Below are positions 38,669-50,515 of a stretch of DNA of 64,000 nucleotides, piece after piece. A program made the position numbers and the translations under genes. The notes under the pieces were generated by a model. It saw only the letters and a list, made by a program, of their open reading frames with translations. It was not told the origin of the DNA and made no database searches. Each line of letters starts with the position of its first letter. Within the stretch, counting starts at the first letter, position 1. The DNA is taken from assembly GCF_036321535.1 (NCBI RefSeq), contig NC_087437.1:11410001-11474000 (forward strand). Direction: 5' to 3'. The DNA comes from Camelus dromedarius (taxonomy: Eukaryota).

Positions 38669-41513
38669 TGAACTCTCGTTTTTTTTAAATGTGGAAAGAA
38701 AGGGCTAGAAAATACTGGGAACTTGCCCCAGGACACCCGATTCTCTACAGCATTCATAATCAGGTTTGCCTTGCTCGAATCCTGCTTTGGCTCCTTCTAG
38801 TAAACCTCTCAGAAATTTTTTTTCTTAGTCTGAATTGTCTCCCAAGAAATCTGAGTCCATCTCCTTTCCCAATGGGCTAACTCCTTCAGACGAGTCTTTT
38901 CCAACAGATAACACACTTCCTCCCTCTGTTCAGTTAGATGTGCTTCAAAATCAAAGTCTTTCAATGATGTTTTTATTGCGTTGGCCCAGAGACTAACACA
39001 ATCATTACACATGCCATATAAAAGAAACCATTTTAATATTAACACCCTTTCATTTGGGGATTAAGAGTTTGGGGTTTGCTTTGGCGTGCAGAGGGAATAT
39101 TGGTTACCTGTAATTCTGGTTTTCAGGAAGCTCATAGCTGTAACAGATAGCAGCTCTCTGAATCTAAATTTCCTGGCACATCAGAGGCCGGCACTGGAAA
39201 GCTCAGGTTCCCTGCCTCTGACCACCCACGGGAGGAGGCAGGAATTTGTCAACAGTGTGGTCACCTCTACAAAGCGCCCTTCCACCCGAGGCTCTGGGTC
39301 CTCACCCTGAGACCCAGCGCACAGGCCAAGATGATTCGGTTGTCATAAATAGAGACTCCCTGAGAGCAGAAATTAGAAACGGGGCTGAGGAACAAGGGAG
39401 AAAATCCTCCAAAACAGAGGTGCATACGTTTTCTTAGTATTTGTCTGCTTCTAACCGACTACCTTGGCCCCTAGGGATGGAAGCGGCTGGGTTACCAAAT
39501 TTTCAAGGTGATCAGAATAGCTGTTTTTTTTTTTGTTGTTGCTGTTGTTTTTGTTTTTTTAAGGCAAAGCAAATGGTTTGACAGCTGGGGAAAGACATAA
39601 AATGTTTGTTAGGCTTAAACCCTCTGCTTCTGGTCCACAGCTCAGAGTCCTTGAATTGATATATTACTCGAACCTTGCAGATCATAACACATAACCTTGC
39701 AACTTGTAATCCTGTAGGGCTTTGGGGCTCTGATGATACTTCTAAAGAGAGCTAAAATCTATCTGCATGCAAACAGTTCTCTTTACTTTCCTACAGTTAA
39801 TTGACAAAATTTAGTAATCAAATAGGGAGGCGCATTATTTCTTGTGAGCCAGTTAATTACCCTATCATATCTGGTTCTAAGAAAGGATCACATTCTTAAA
39901 GCAAACTATGATTACAGATTGTTCTCCTTTTCCTCACAATAAGGAATGAAAATCTCCTATAAGAGTTCTTGATTGTTTTGTAAATACGACTAACAATTAA
40001 TTATCAAATACGTACGTTGCTTGTACAAGAAAAAAATGATGAGTAATATACCTAAGGTCTCTCAACTCTCGTTTCTTTTCTAGTTTTTCTATGCATCTGT
40101 TTTATATGTGGATGAAACTGCACCATAAATTCTGATTTTTGTCCTTTCCCTCTAACATTAAGCATTCTGTTATGCTATACTCTCTTCCTGAATAGCACTT
40201 TTAATGTCTTTAAATAGTCCACCACATAGATATAGCTTTTATATATTTAACATTCTCCTATTGAAAGACACTTGGTGGATTTTCAAGGCCACAAATAACA
40301 TTTCTGAGTCGAAATCTATTTCTGAATCTGAATTCTTTTTTTAGGAAAAATTTCCTGCGTATTCCAGGAGATGCTCAAATGACTGCTTCAAAGAACATGA
40401 ACATTTAGTAGGCTCTCGATAGGACTGCAAATGACTGTGTCTTCAGCTGTTGGTGGGAAGGATCCTGTGGAAATTTCCCTGTGACTGTGCTCTGTCTACA
40501 CTCAGAGTTTTCCCTGGATTCTCATTGTTTTGAGCTAAAGTCTAAATATTGTCTCGAGAGTTTCCAGACCACTGGCCAATGGCCTGGGGTTCCACAGTCC
40601 ATTGTAGTGAAGGCAGGGCCCTGAGTGTGGGTTGTCAACCGCCGAAACAGCTTTTGTCACCACTGCCGCAGCCTACGTGGATCCTGCCCACCTCGCAGGG
40701 AAGGCGGGAGGCTGAGTTCTGAAGAAGCTGCAGGCTGTAAGTTGGCAGGAAGGCAGAGTAGGGGCAGCTCAACAGGACTGTAAAAGGAGCTTCGGCAGTT
40801 GCACTGAGCAAGATGGCAAGGAGATAGAGGACGTTAACATAATAATGATCACATCAACCACACTAATAAGTTTGTTACAAACAGAGGCATAATTACACTC
40901 AAAGTGCTGGCTTTTGAATTTGGGGTTCTATGAGAAAATTCGAGAGCCTCGGGGGTGCAGGATTAAGGTGGTGCAGAGGTCATAAATTGCAATGCTTGGT
41001 TTGAGGTCCTAGACTATAAAATCACCATTGGATACAGAACACCCCTATCTTTTGAAATATATATCAGAGCAGATATTCTAATTAGGCAGAAACCACTCTG
41101 TTTTAGATAATTAGGCAGAAACTATTCGGGAGTGAATGAAGTCTTTGTTATAAAGCCAAGTAGAGGAAAATAAATTTCAGGCATGTGGAATCGATATTCT
41201 TAAAAAGGAGATGGCCGACTGTTTTATTAATAGGTAAATCGTAATCTTTGGCTTTTGTGTATCTGTGTATTAGGAACCCCACCCTTACATCTTACAATTC
41301 TTTCTTATCTTCAAATTCACCCCAGGGTAATTATTTGCCCATGGTAGAAACTCAATACATATTTGCTGAATTTTAATTGAAGGTATGTTTTTCTTTCTAT
41401 GAGTATTTGAATTGGGGATTTTTTCCATGTCTTTGAAGTGAGACCTGTCTGTGTTAATGGACTAGGTTCATGTTCCCCTGTTGTTTCTGTAACTCTATTA
41501 ACCAAGTTTTCCA

Positions 41514-41602
41514 GGGGTGGGAGAAGGGTACAGCTCAATGGTAGAGCGGGTGCTTAGCATGCACAAGATCCTGGGTTCAATCACCAGCACCTCCGTTAAA
41601 AC
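41514..41602 (+). mobile_element. Camelid-type tRNA-derived SINE (Vic-1-like)
   Basis: GGGTACAGCTCAATGGTAGAGCGGGTGCTTAGCATGCACAAGATCCTGGGTTCAATCACCAGCACCTCCGTTAAAA. Confidence 0.9.
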
Positions 41603-41669
41603 AGAGAAAGTTCAAGAATTTTCCTTCCGAAGGAGGAAGGAGATGGACTGTCCATTTCCTCTGCCATTT

Positions 41670-42310
41670 AGGTGGTATCGAGGTCCCACAAGAATCTTTG
41701 CACTCGCTGTTTCCTTTGTCTGGGAGGCTCGGCTGTCCTGCCAGCCCCCTCCTCTTGGCGGGTCCAGCTGGAAGGGTCCTTCAGCAGAGAGACCAGTTCT
41801 GACCACACAGCTGACTCTGGTTCTCCCTCCCTGCACTTGACATTTTTGGTTATTTTTCTGTCTTAGATCTTTAGCCTGTTCACAGCATGCATTACAATTA
41901 AAACCATTTCATTGATTCATTTAGGTTAAAAATGTCAGTATTTTTCAAACTTTTAAAACTCGTAACACGAAATGTCTGATTTATACCCTGGCATATACAT
42001 ACAACTGGAATGACAGTTTGATGAACTAACACATTTAAGAGCTACAGTGGAACAAGGTCCACTTTCTTCATTCTATTCTAGCTTGTTCTTTAAAGAAACA
42101 ATCATGAAAGACGTTTGTGACCAACTGAATTGATCTCATAATCCAATAACAGGGTTCAACCCAAAATCTGAACTGTTGGATTATTTGCTTTCTGTCTCTT
42201 TCATCTGACTACAGAAAAAGTACGCTCCATGAGGTCAGAGAATAAATATTTGTCTTACTCACTTTTATATGGTTGACACTCCATAAATATTTTTAAACAA
42301 ATCAATACAT
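41670..42310 (+). mobile_element. L2 3' region interrupted by a hAT MITE (~41937-42170)
   Basis: CTTTGCACTCGCTGTTTCC...CTTCAGCAGAGAGACC...GCTCCATGAGGTCAG...CATAAATATTTTTAAACAAAT. Confidence 0.65.
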
Positions 42311-43140
42311 GAAAAAAGAATAAATAAAGTCTTACTAAATTTATCTTCCTTATTTTGGCATACTTGACTCTTTAAAAATAATTACTTAAGTGAAAGCTTC
42401 CTTTCTAATAAGATGATTTTTGAAATCCAACCTAACGTTTGGGAACCCAATAGGTATTTCATAAAGATGTCAATATCACTGAGTTGCTCCGCAATCCCAG
42501 AATTTGAAAAAGCACTTGAAGAATAGAAGTTTTATTGGAACTTTTGTAATTTGTAAGATGTGTTATAAAGCCGCTGTTTAAATAGATCAGAAAACTCCAG
42601 CCCCTTATTTAGTACTGTTCTGGGTGGAGAAGGGATGAGTCAATAAACAAGTGACAAGAGAAGCTACAGAGGAAAACAGAGGGAAGGTCTCCCTTACAGA
42701 CACCTGCCTCTGCTTCCCAAACGCTGCAGGGTGCTGGACAGCGAGCCTGCTGCCCTGAATGAAAGCTCTGTATCACGTTTCTAGTCTACCTGCAGAAAGT
42801 TTTTCCATGTGCCTATTTAAAATCTCTCTTTGTCAATCTGATACCCAATCACGCTACTATTGTTCGATCTTTGGTAACTAAGGAAAAAAGAATTCCGTTC
42901 CAGAGTAACAAACTTTTCATGTGATTTAAAAATTGTTGGTTTCTGTAAGAATTTTCCATGATAGAGAACTATGTATCAACAATCTTTGCAGAAATGAAAT
43001 AGAAATGAAATAATGTGCTTTCACTTCCTTTCTCAAAAGGGAAAGCAAAATGGAAGAGAGATCTTCCCTCACCCAAAAATTTTTTTTAATGTAAATAACT
43101 ATTTCTGGTGAAACTTTAGTGAACATTCGTTTGCTCTAGA

Positions 43141-43527
43141 GCAGTGCTTTTCAAACTTCAGCGTCTCTCAGTATCACCTGGCCTGCTTCTTAAACGCAGG
43201 TGACTAGCCCCGCACCTAGAGTCTCTTTCTCCCAGAAATCTGCATTTATAATAGGTTTTCACATGATGTTGATGCTCTGGTCTGAGCACAATGTTTTGAG
43301 AAACACTGCCCTGAACAATGATTCTCAACTGGGGCAATTTGGTCCCCACCTCCGTGGACATGTGGCGATGTCTGAAGACACGTTTGATTGTCATGATTGG
43401 GTCTTTACTGGCATCGAGGAAGTGAAGCCAGGATGCTGCTAACTATCTTACAATGCACGAGACAGCCCCCAGCAGCAAAGAATTATCCGGCCCCAAGTAT
43501 CCATAATGCTGAGGATGAGAAACCTAG
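43141..43527. mobile_element. Adjacent MER5A-like (~43141-43310) and MER20-like (~43316-43527) elements
   Basis: CAGTGCTTTTCAAACTT...TTTGAGAAACACTG; ATTCTCAACTGGGGCAATTT...GGACATGTGGCGATGTCTGAAGACA...AAAGAATTATCCGGCCCCA. Confidence 0.85.
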
Positions 43528-44399
43528 CTGTACAGGAACTCGCTTTCTCACGGAAACACATTTAATACGAGTTTAAATAACAGGTAAAACAAGAGCTACT
43601 CATTTCAGAAGGCTTCAACTAAAGTGGAATGATGTCACAGAAATTAAAGTAATTGGATGGAGTCTCAGGAAGGTACCTACTGTCATCTTCCTCTGTGTCT
43701 GTCTGTCTCTCTCACATTCACATGTCCGTGAAGCTTATAAAACACCTGACAGTCCAGACATTTACTCATCCAAAATGTAAATGAGACCTGAGTAGGGCCA
43801 AAGAGGGATGTGAAGCCAAAGGGGATGAGGAAACACTTTTATCCCCCAGGGGGCTGCAATCACCTTGTCCAAAGCAGGTAAGATTCCCGACGCACCTTGA
43901 TGGTGGAAAGTATCAACACAGGTGTCACAGAATAATGGCGTTGGAAAGAACCCTGCTGTTATGTAGCCGACTCAGTCTTTCTCTTTAATATTGTTTATTG
44001 ATGACAGAAGAATTGCTTGGTGTCTCGGCCAGGGCTTAAGCAACATTAAGGAGGAGGCAATGATTCTCTGAGGAAAATTCTCGTCGCTTCTCTCCACCTT
44101 TCATAGACTTCCCACCATCTATTTTCAGAATTTACAGAGCCCACATAGCAAAGAAAACATGCTCACACATTAAAAAAAAAAAAAAAAAGAAAGGTATCTA
44201 CTCTCTAGTGTGACTTCTCCCCATCTTCTCCCGAGTCTCCTTTCACACCTGAGCCCATCTTAGCCAGCAGTGCCCTGGGAGAGGGTGCCCATGGTGGAAA
44301 CACGGGGAAACATCCTTTTTGCTCCTGGAGATTATCTCCAAGTCTTTCAGATGATCCTTTCTACATCTCTCTTCTGAACTTTTCTCAGTTCTTCTTACC

Positions 44400-45040
44400 T
44401 CTCTGTTGCTTCACACCACCATCATCTCTCTTCTCGATTACAGAACAGCCTTCTGGTTACCCTGCTAACCTCTCATTTGCCCCTCTCTTCATGCTCTAGC
44501 CAGAGGGAGCTCTCTAAAACACACATCAGGGGATGTCACCCCGCTGCTTGAAACCTTTCATTTGCCACTGACAGGGAGGAAGAACTGAGGGTGACTTGGA
44601 AGGCTCTCGGTCCGCAGGCCACCGCTTCCCCTTCATATCTGGTTCCCCTCCCTCCTCTCCTCCTCCTTCTTATCATGGCACCACCATCAAGAATTTTTCT
44701 GGTTTCCATGAACATGCGATGCCATCCCTAAGTCCTTTCTCATGTGCTGTTTCCCCTGCCAAGAATATCGCTCCCTTGCCTCTGCCCTCTGTCCCACATC
44801 CACTGTGTCCAGCCTCAGCTAACATGGCTTTTTCCCTGGGAAGCTTTCCTTGCCCTCCCAAGTCAGAGTTAGGCAGCCCCCACCTTGGGTTCTCAGGGCA
44901 TCTTGTAAAACTCCTCATTGTGATTATTTTCTGTTGTCATCGTCTGCGCCCCCTGGTAGCCTGAAAGGTCGGTCTCCACATCTCCTTATCTTATAGCATT
45001 GCAGCTCCAGGACTTGGCACACAGTAAACACTGGCCGTAC
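44400..45040 (+). mobile_element. Degenerate L2
   Basis: CACCATCATCTCTC...GCCAGAGGGAGCTCTCTAAAAC...TGCTGTTTCCCCTGCC...TTGGCACACAGTA. Confidence 0.6.
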
Positions 45041-45299
45041 TTTTTGGTGGGGATTTAATAAAATATATTATCCTGGGAAAGCATTTCATGAAGCTGGCGT
45101 GGGAGGTAAATTCTAAAATACACAAGGAGCCTTCCCCGGGGGTCCCTGAAATCAAACCACGCTGACATTTCCTACATCTATGCCCACGTTTGTGTGGCCG
45201 AATCATGACTAAATGAAGCTTTCTTGTGGACTGTGAGCTGATCTCTTTTTAGGGCCTTCAGTCACTTGCACATGCTTTTTTCTCTGTTGTACGTCTAAC

Positions 45300-45785
45300 T
45301 GGATCACAGCATCGCAGAAGGCAGTGTGGCTGGACCACGGTGAGCTAAGGGGAGAGGGATGGGGGTGGGATCTGTGAGGCTGGGCCTCACAGGCTGTGGT
45401 GACGAGTGAAGACCTCATTTTCTAGCTCAGTGGGAAAACTCCAAAGAGTTCAAATCGCAGGGGCGACTTGATCACTCTGCCTGCTTTACGGAAAACGGGT
45501 TTGAGGATGGGCCCCAAAGTGGAAGGAGCGAGTTGAGTTAAGAGACTACTGATGCGTTTCAGGGGGATGATGGTGGCCTGGTTCCGGGTGATAGCAATGG
45601 AGATGGTGAGAGCATGCAGGCTCCAGATACATTCTGGAGGTAGAAGACGCAGGAGTTGCTGAGAGTTTGGACGTAGGGGTGAGGGAAAGAGAAAACAAGG
45701 AGAGAAAGCAAGGATGACTTCTAGGTGTTTGGACTGAACACCCAGATGAATGATGCTGCCACACACTGAGATCGAAAGGCAGCAA
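45300..45785 (-). mobile_element. Degenerate L2
   Basis: GATCACTCTGCCTGC...GATGATGGTGGCCTGG...AAGGATGACTTCTAGGTGTTTGGACTGAAC. Confidence 0.65.
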
Positions 45786-48695
45786 CTCCTACGAGTTTCC
45801 AAGACCCAGCTCAGTTCTCACCTCCTCCATGAAAGATGCCATCGACTTCAAATACAACCTTCCCTCTCTCCTCTCAGCGACTTGGGGAATCCTTGCCTGT
45901 ACCACTCACCCCTGCAGGAGCGTGTGCTGAACTCCCAGCCTGGCCTATGGTCCTTGTAGGTGAGGGACAGCTCCGCCGTCCCATCCAGCAGCGCCAGGAA
46001 CAGAGCTCTGGATGTAGCAGGTGCACCACACCAATTTGCTCCTTGGTGAATTAAACATGATTCACATCGCAGCAAATACTCTGGACCAGTTCCCTGGAGC
46101 CGCCAGCTGCTAAGAATATCCTGCCTCCCATGGGACTAAATGTTCCTATCCTCTCGTTCACACCCCACTGGATGTTTTAAGATGCCCATTACCAAAGCGC
46201 TTTGAAAAAACTCTGTTCTTTTCTAGAATCTCAAAGATAGGCATTTAACAGCTATGACAGACTCTGTGATGGTTTAGTATTATCACTTTTCACCCGATGT
46301 ACAGTTGCTTTTCTTTCCCATTATTAAGTGTTACCTAAAATTGCAACCTCATTTCCTCTTCTATGAAATAGAAATTCAGGATAAGTTTCTTATTGAAAAC
46401 TCTTTGAAATACCCTCAAGTACCTTTCATTTTCTACAACGTTCATTCACACTTGGGTTAGAGTGCTTTCTTTTTTTTTTTTAATTTTAAGATACCATAAT
46501 ACCACCTTTCAATTCATCTGAAAAGTTTTTTTAAAAAAATATAAATCTGGTACATGTTTGGAGCTAGACATTTCTGGTTACTTCCCACACAAAGCGAGAA
46601 TGCGGTCCCGCGTATTCTTAACAGTGAAGAAGGAACATAATTATGAAGAATGTATGCACAGGAAGGAATTAAGCTTTCTCCTGCTCTTTCTTTCAACTCA
46701 TAATCTTTGAGAATTACTTAGAAAAGTTCTTTTTGGCTCAGCATCCACTCTAGTACTGGGACAAGCATCTTATATACCCTTTGTCACTGAATGATCCCAA
46801 CCACCCCGAGGCAGCTGTGACCTGCACTTCCCAGTGGAGTGAAGGGATAGTTAGCAGAATAAATAATTTGTCTGAGGATCCACATCTAAAAGCAGCACCG
46901 CCTGTATCCAGGCCCCGGTCTTGGTGAGTCTGAAGCTCCCCCGATCATTCACGCAGATTCCAGGGGTGGAGTAAATCCCCTGATGAAGAGCCCGGTTCCA
47001 CTGCAGCACCTGCCAGACTCTCTAAGGATTCTTTCTTATATCAAACCAAATCCTGAAATTTCCATTCACTGTCAGTCCTACTGTTGGAAATGGGAGTTCT
47101 TTCATAAGGTTCCAGGAAATCCTCAATATTAGGTGCCAGTTTTGTGTTTATCTAAGTGCACTTTCTGGGAAGAAAGCCTACGTGTTTTTTTTTTTTTTTT
47201 TTTAAATCAGATTGTCAAAGAGGTCTGTCCTTCCCTTCCCCAAAGGATAAAACCCTTTTCCTCGGGGAAGAGAGAAGAGGCAGTCTCCTCACTCTGGTCG
47301 TCCTCCTTCTACCCAAAACAGCTGTGATCCCTTCTGCAGCCCTTTCTTTCCAGACTGAACACCCCCAGGCCTTCCCACCTTTCCTGTGGAACATGGAGCA
47401 TCTCCAAAGCCGCACCTTCCCTGGACCACTCTCTGTTCCCTCAGATATGCCACTTGGGGGAACTCAGTGCCCCTCCAAGTATGGCCCTAGAAACTGACTA
47501 CAACTGTGCATTCACACATGCATTCAATCTTCTAGTTAAGATCATTTTTCTTTTACAAATCTCCTTAAAATTTTTAATGTTTAGAAAACACAGCAGTATA
47601 ATCTATATCCTTTTATTAACCTCTTTACCCGTCAATCCTCCACCAAGAAAGCCTGAAATCCAGGGCTTATATTTTCTTTGCCTTGTCTTTTAACTTCAAG
47701 AGAAATGAGAAATCTTGGAAAAGCACATTTGTGGAATCTCACCCTTAGCAATGATATATTAGACTTTTCAGCTAAGTTGGCCACTGGAAGCCCACACCCT
47801 GAAGATGGACAAGCCTTGACCCACACATAGGAATGGAAACAAAACCCTCTTCAGCATCCACACGGAGGGCGTCACGGTGACACTTACCCTGCTCTTCTAC
47901 CGGCTGTCAGGACCTGCTGACATTTCCACACCCTCGGCATAATCTGCTCCTACTCTGCTCCCAAGCCAGGAGGAAGGAAGGCTTTCTAAGCAGATAAACT
48001 GCTCAGAACCCACAGCCACATCCCACACTTATGTGGCTGAGAGATCCCAATTAGACGCCCTTGAAATGCATCTCAGATGCCAGTGCCGACCGACGCTGAG
48101 CTGGCGTCATGACTGCATGGGTTTTGCCACATAACACTCCCCCCGGACAGACAGCTCATGACTTGGGGCTGTTCTCCGCACCTGGGATTCCACACCATGC
48201 CTCCAGCCCGCTACCAGGAGCCAGGCTTGCAGAGGAAGATGAGCAAGGCTTGTGGTAACCTAAGCCCCGGGTGAAATGAGACTCCTATAACACCAGGAGG
48301 CTGCCTGGACAGCTAACAACTGACATGCTACCTTATCCACGTCCCTGGGCTGCTGCTGTGACCATGAGACCCTCTACCCCCCTCCCAACTCCAATCCACC
48401 GCCAGCCGGCGCAGCCTGATCAGCAGGACTGCTAATCCACTAATGATGCTGCTTTTACCTGGCAAAGGGGACAAGAAAAATGTGGTTCAAAATAAAGCTT
48501 GTGATTCCCGAATATCTGAGGCTTCCTTGGGTTGGAAGCCATCGAGATTCAGGCTTGTGAGGCTGAATTTCCAATGACCTTTTTTTTCTTTAAAAAAAAT
48601 GAAAAGCATTATTCTGAAAATGTCCCATACTGCTGCACTTGTTTGCTGCTGGGGTGCTGAGCAATGAATTTAATTTGCTTTCTTGCACTCTTCAG

Positions 48696-48898
48696 AGAAC
48701 ATGTTTCTGCTGGTGTGTAAAGTCTAGAAGCTGTCTGCATGCCAAGGCAATGCCCCTTAAATGAAGTCTTACATAAGCCTGACAAATTATCTGTGGATAG
48801 AAGGAATCTCCATGGGCTATCACAGAGCCATGACAGCAACTGCCAGGGAGCCACCAAAACAAAAGCCGGCCGAGAAAATTCTTCCAAAAGCCTCAACC
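48696..48898 (+). other. Candidate exon (coding status unknown; ATG at 48739 open to the donor)
   Basis: Branch-like TTTAAT, pyrimidine tract TTGCTTTCTTGCACTCTTCAG acceptor, donor ACC|GTATGT; peptide MPRQCPLNEVLHKPDKL... not recognised. Confidence 0.2.
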
Positions 48899-48934
48899 GT
48901 ATGTGGACTTTGCCACTAACATTTTACCATGAGA

Positions 48935-48936
<2 letters not shown>

Positions 48937-48968
<32 letters not shown>

Positions 48969-49436
48969 TGAATTGAAGTATAGTTGATTTACAATGTTGT
49001 GTTATTTTCTGGTGTTCAATTATGCATATATATATATATATAATTTTTAAATTCTTATTTTTATTGAAGTGTAGTTGATTTACAATGTTAGTTTCAGGTG
49101 TACAGCAAAGCAATTTAGTTACACGTATACATACATACACATATATATATTTTCAGATTCTTTCCATTAGAGCTCATTACAAGAAGTTGAATGTAGTTCC
49201 CTGTGCTATACAGTAGGTCCTTGTTGTTTACCTATTTTATACATGGTAATGTGTATCTGTTAATCCCAAACTCCTGATCTATCCCTCACTGCCTCCCCCT
49301 CCCCTGACCACAGTTTGTTTTCTATGTCTGTGACTCTATCTCTGGTTTGTAAATAAAATGTGTATCTTTTTATATATATTCTTTTTCATCACAGGCTATT
49401 ACAATATCTGAAGTAAGGCAGAAAGAGAATGACAAA
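48937..49436 (-). mobile_element. Composite L1 3' end: (TTA)n tail, nested second L1 3' end (~49050-49360), short inverted 5' piece (~49409-49436)
   Basis: Two TTGAAGT.TAGTTGATTTACAATG starts; TSD TACCATGA[G/A]ATA at 48925-48936 and 49437-49448. Confidence 0.88.
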
Positions 49437-49467
49437 TACCATGAAATACTTTAAAGGTACTGACATG

Positions 49468-49620
49468 TTTTCTGTTTTTTCCCCTCCTTCCGTGCTTTCC
49501 CCTTCTTTCCCCCCTCCTCCCTTCCTTTTGGCAAACATCACTCTCTCTCTCTCTCTTCCTTTCTTCCTCCTCCCCTCCCTTGCTCTCACCTGTCCCCTCC
49601 CCTCTCATGTCCCCTCTCTG
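49468..49620. repeat. Polypyrimidine (CT-rich) low-complexity tract
   Basis: Almost all C/T on + strand. Confidence 0.85.
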
Positions 49621-49744
49621 CATGTTTATAGTTCACATGCCATAATTTATTGTCAACTTCTCCACCTACACCATCTTCCTAGATTCCAGATGCCCCGAAC
49701 GGCTAGCTTTCTTCCTATGCTGGGTTACAGCAGTGACAAGTCTC

Positions 49745-50515
49745 CGTCAGCTCTCTTCTCTATGCAACACCGCAGTGGCGTCCCAGTGGGTACCAGATGA
49801 AGCCCAGCTCTCCGGTCTGCAAACGGGACCCTCCGCCCCCGCCCCCACTGCCGCTCCTCCGCCAGCCCCGCCCGCAGCGCCTCGGGAGCCCGTGCTCCTT
49901 AACGCCCCCCACCCCCGGCACACCTGACCCCTCCAGACCCCTTCCCCTCTCGGGCCTCGGACAGCTGCCCCTCCTGTTCACACCTTCACACGGGAGCCGA
50001 GCCTGTGTTTGAGACCCAAGCCCTCCCGCTCCCTTCCCCAGGCTTCGTTACTGCCTCCCTCCTCCTGGAGTTAACACTGCATGGCAAACTGTTTTTTTAT
50101 TTCCCCTTGTTTCCTCAAATAGGTTAAGAGTTCCTGGGGCAAAGGTGCTGCTGACTCACCCACCCGGCAGTTGCTCAACAAATGTTTGCTGAATGAACTT
50201 TGTTTCTTTGAGCTTCTCCTCGCTATGTCACGCGGAAGAAGCCGCCGCACGGTGGTCACCAGAACGAATGTGCGGGTTCGAATCCCGCCTGTGACTTGAG
50301 CGCGTCACCAAACCTCTCACTGCCTCAGTTCCCATCTGTGGGTGGAGATACTACGCTCCGGCTCTGGCGTGGTGGTGAGGATTAAATGAGCTGCTGTGTG
50401 TCATGTAGAGGATACCGCCTGGAACGCGGGAGGGCATACATGTTACATGAGAGTTTGTTAAATACAGCGGAGGTGATTCTGATACCCTACGTGCTCCTCG
50501 GCTGTGCTTGACCGA
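49745..50515. promoter_or_regulatory. CpG-island-like segment with GC boxes, overlapping L2 (+, to ~50198) and MIR (+, ~50240-50460)
   Basis: About 45 CpGs in ~770 bp (hand count); CCGCCCCCGCCCCC and CCCCGCCC GC boxes; L2 end CAACAAATGTTTGCTGAATGAA; MIR core TGCCTCAGTT-CCCATCTGT and GTGAGGATTAAATGAG. Confidence 0.65.

Noticed and set aside
38809..39045. Protein-looking minus ORF (CNDCVSLWANAIKTSLKDFDFEAHL...)
   Set aside because: No usable flanking splice sites or ATG context found and no family recognised
46596..46619. Hairpin AGAATGCGG-TC-CCGCGTATTCT as pre-miRNA
   Set aside because: Stem far too short and imperfect
49760..50012. Pro/Gly/Ala-rich ORFs as a coding first exon
   Set aside because: Composition explained by GC-rich L2-derived sequence; no recognisable protein
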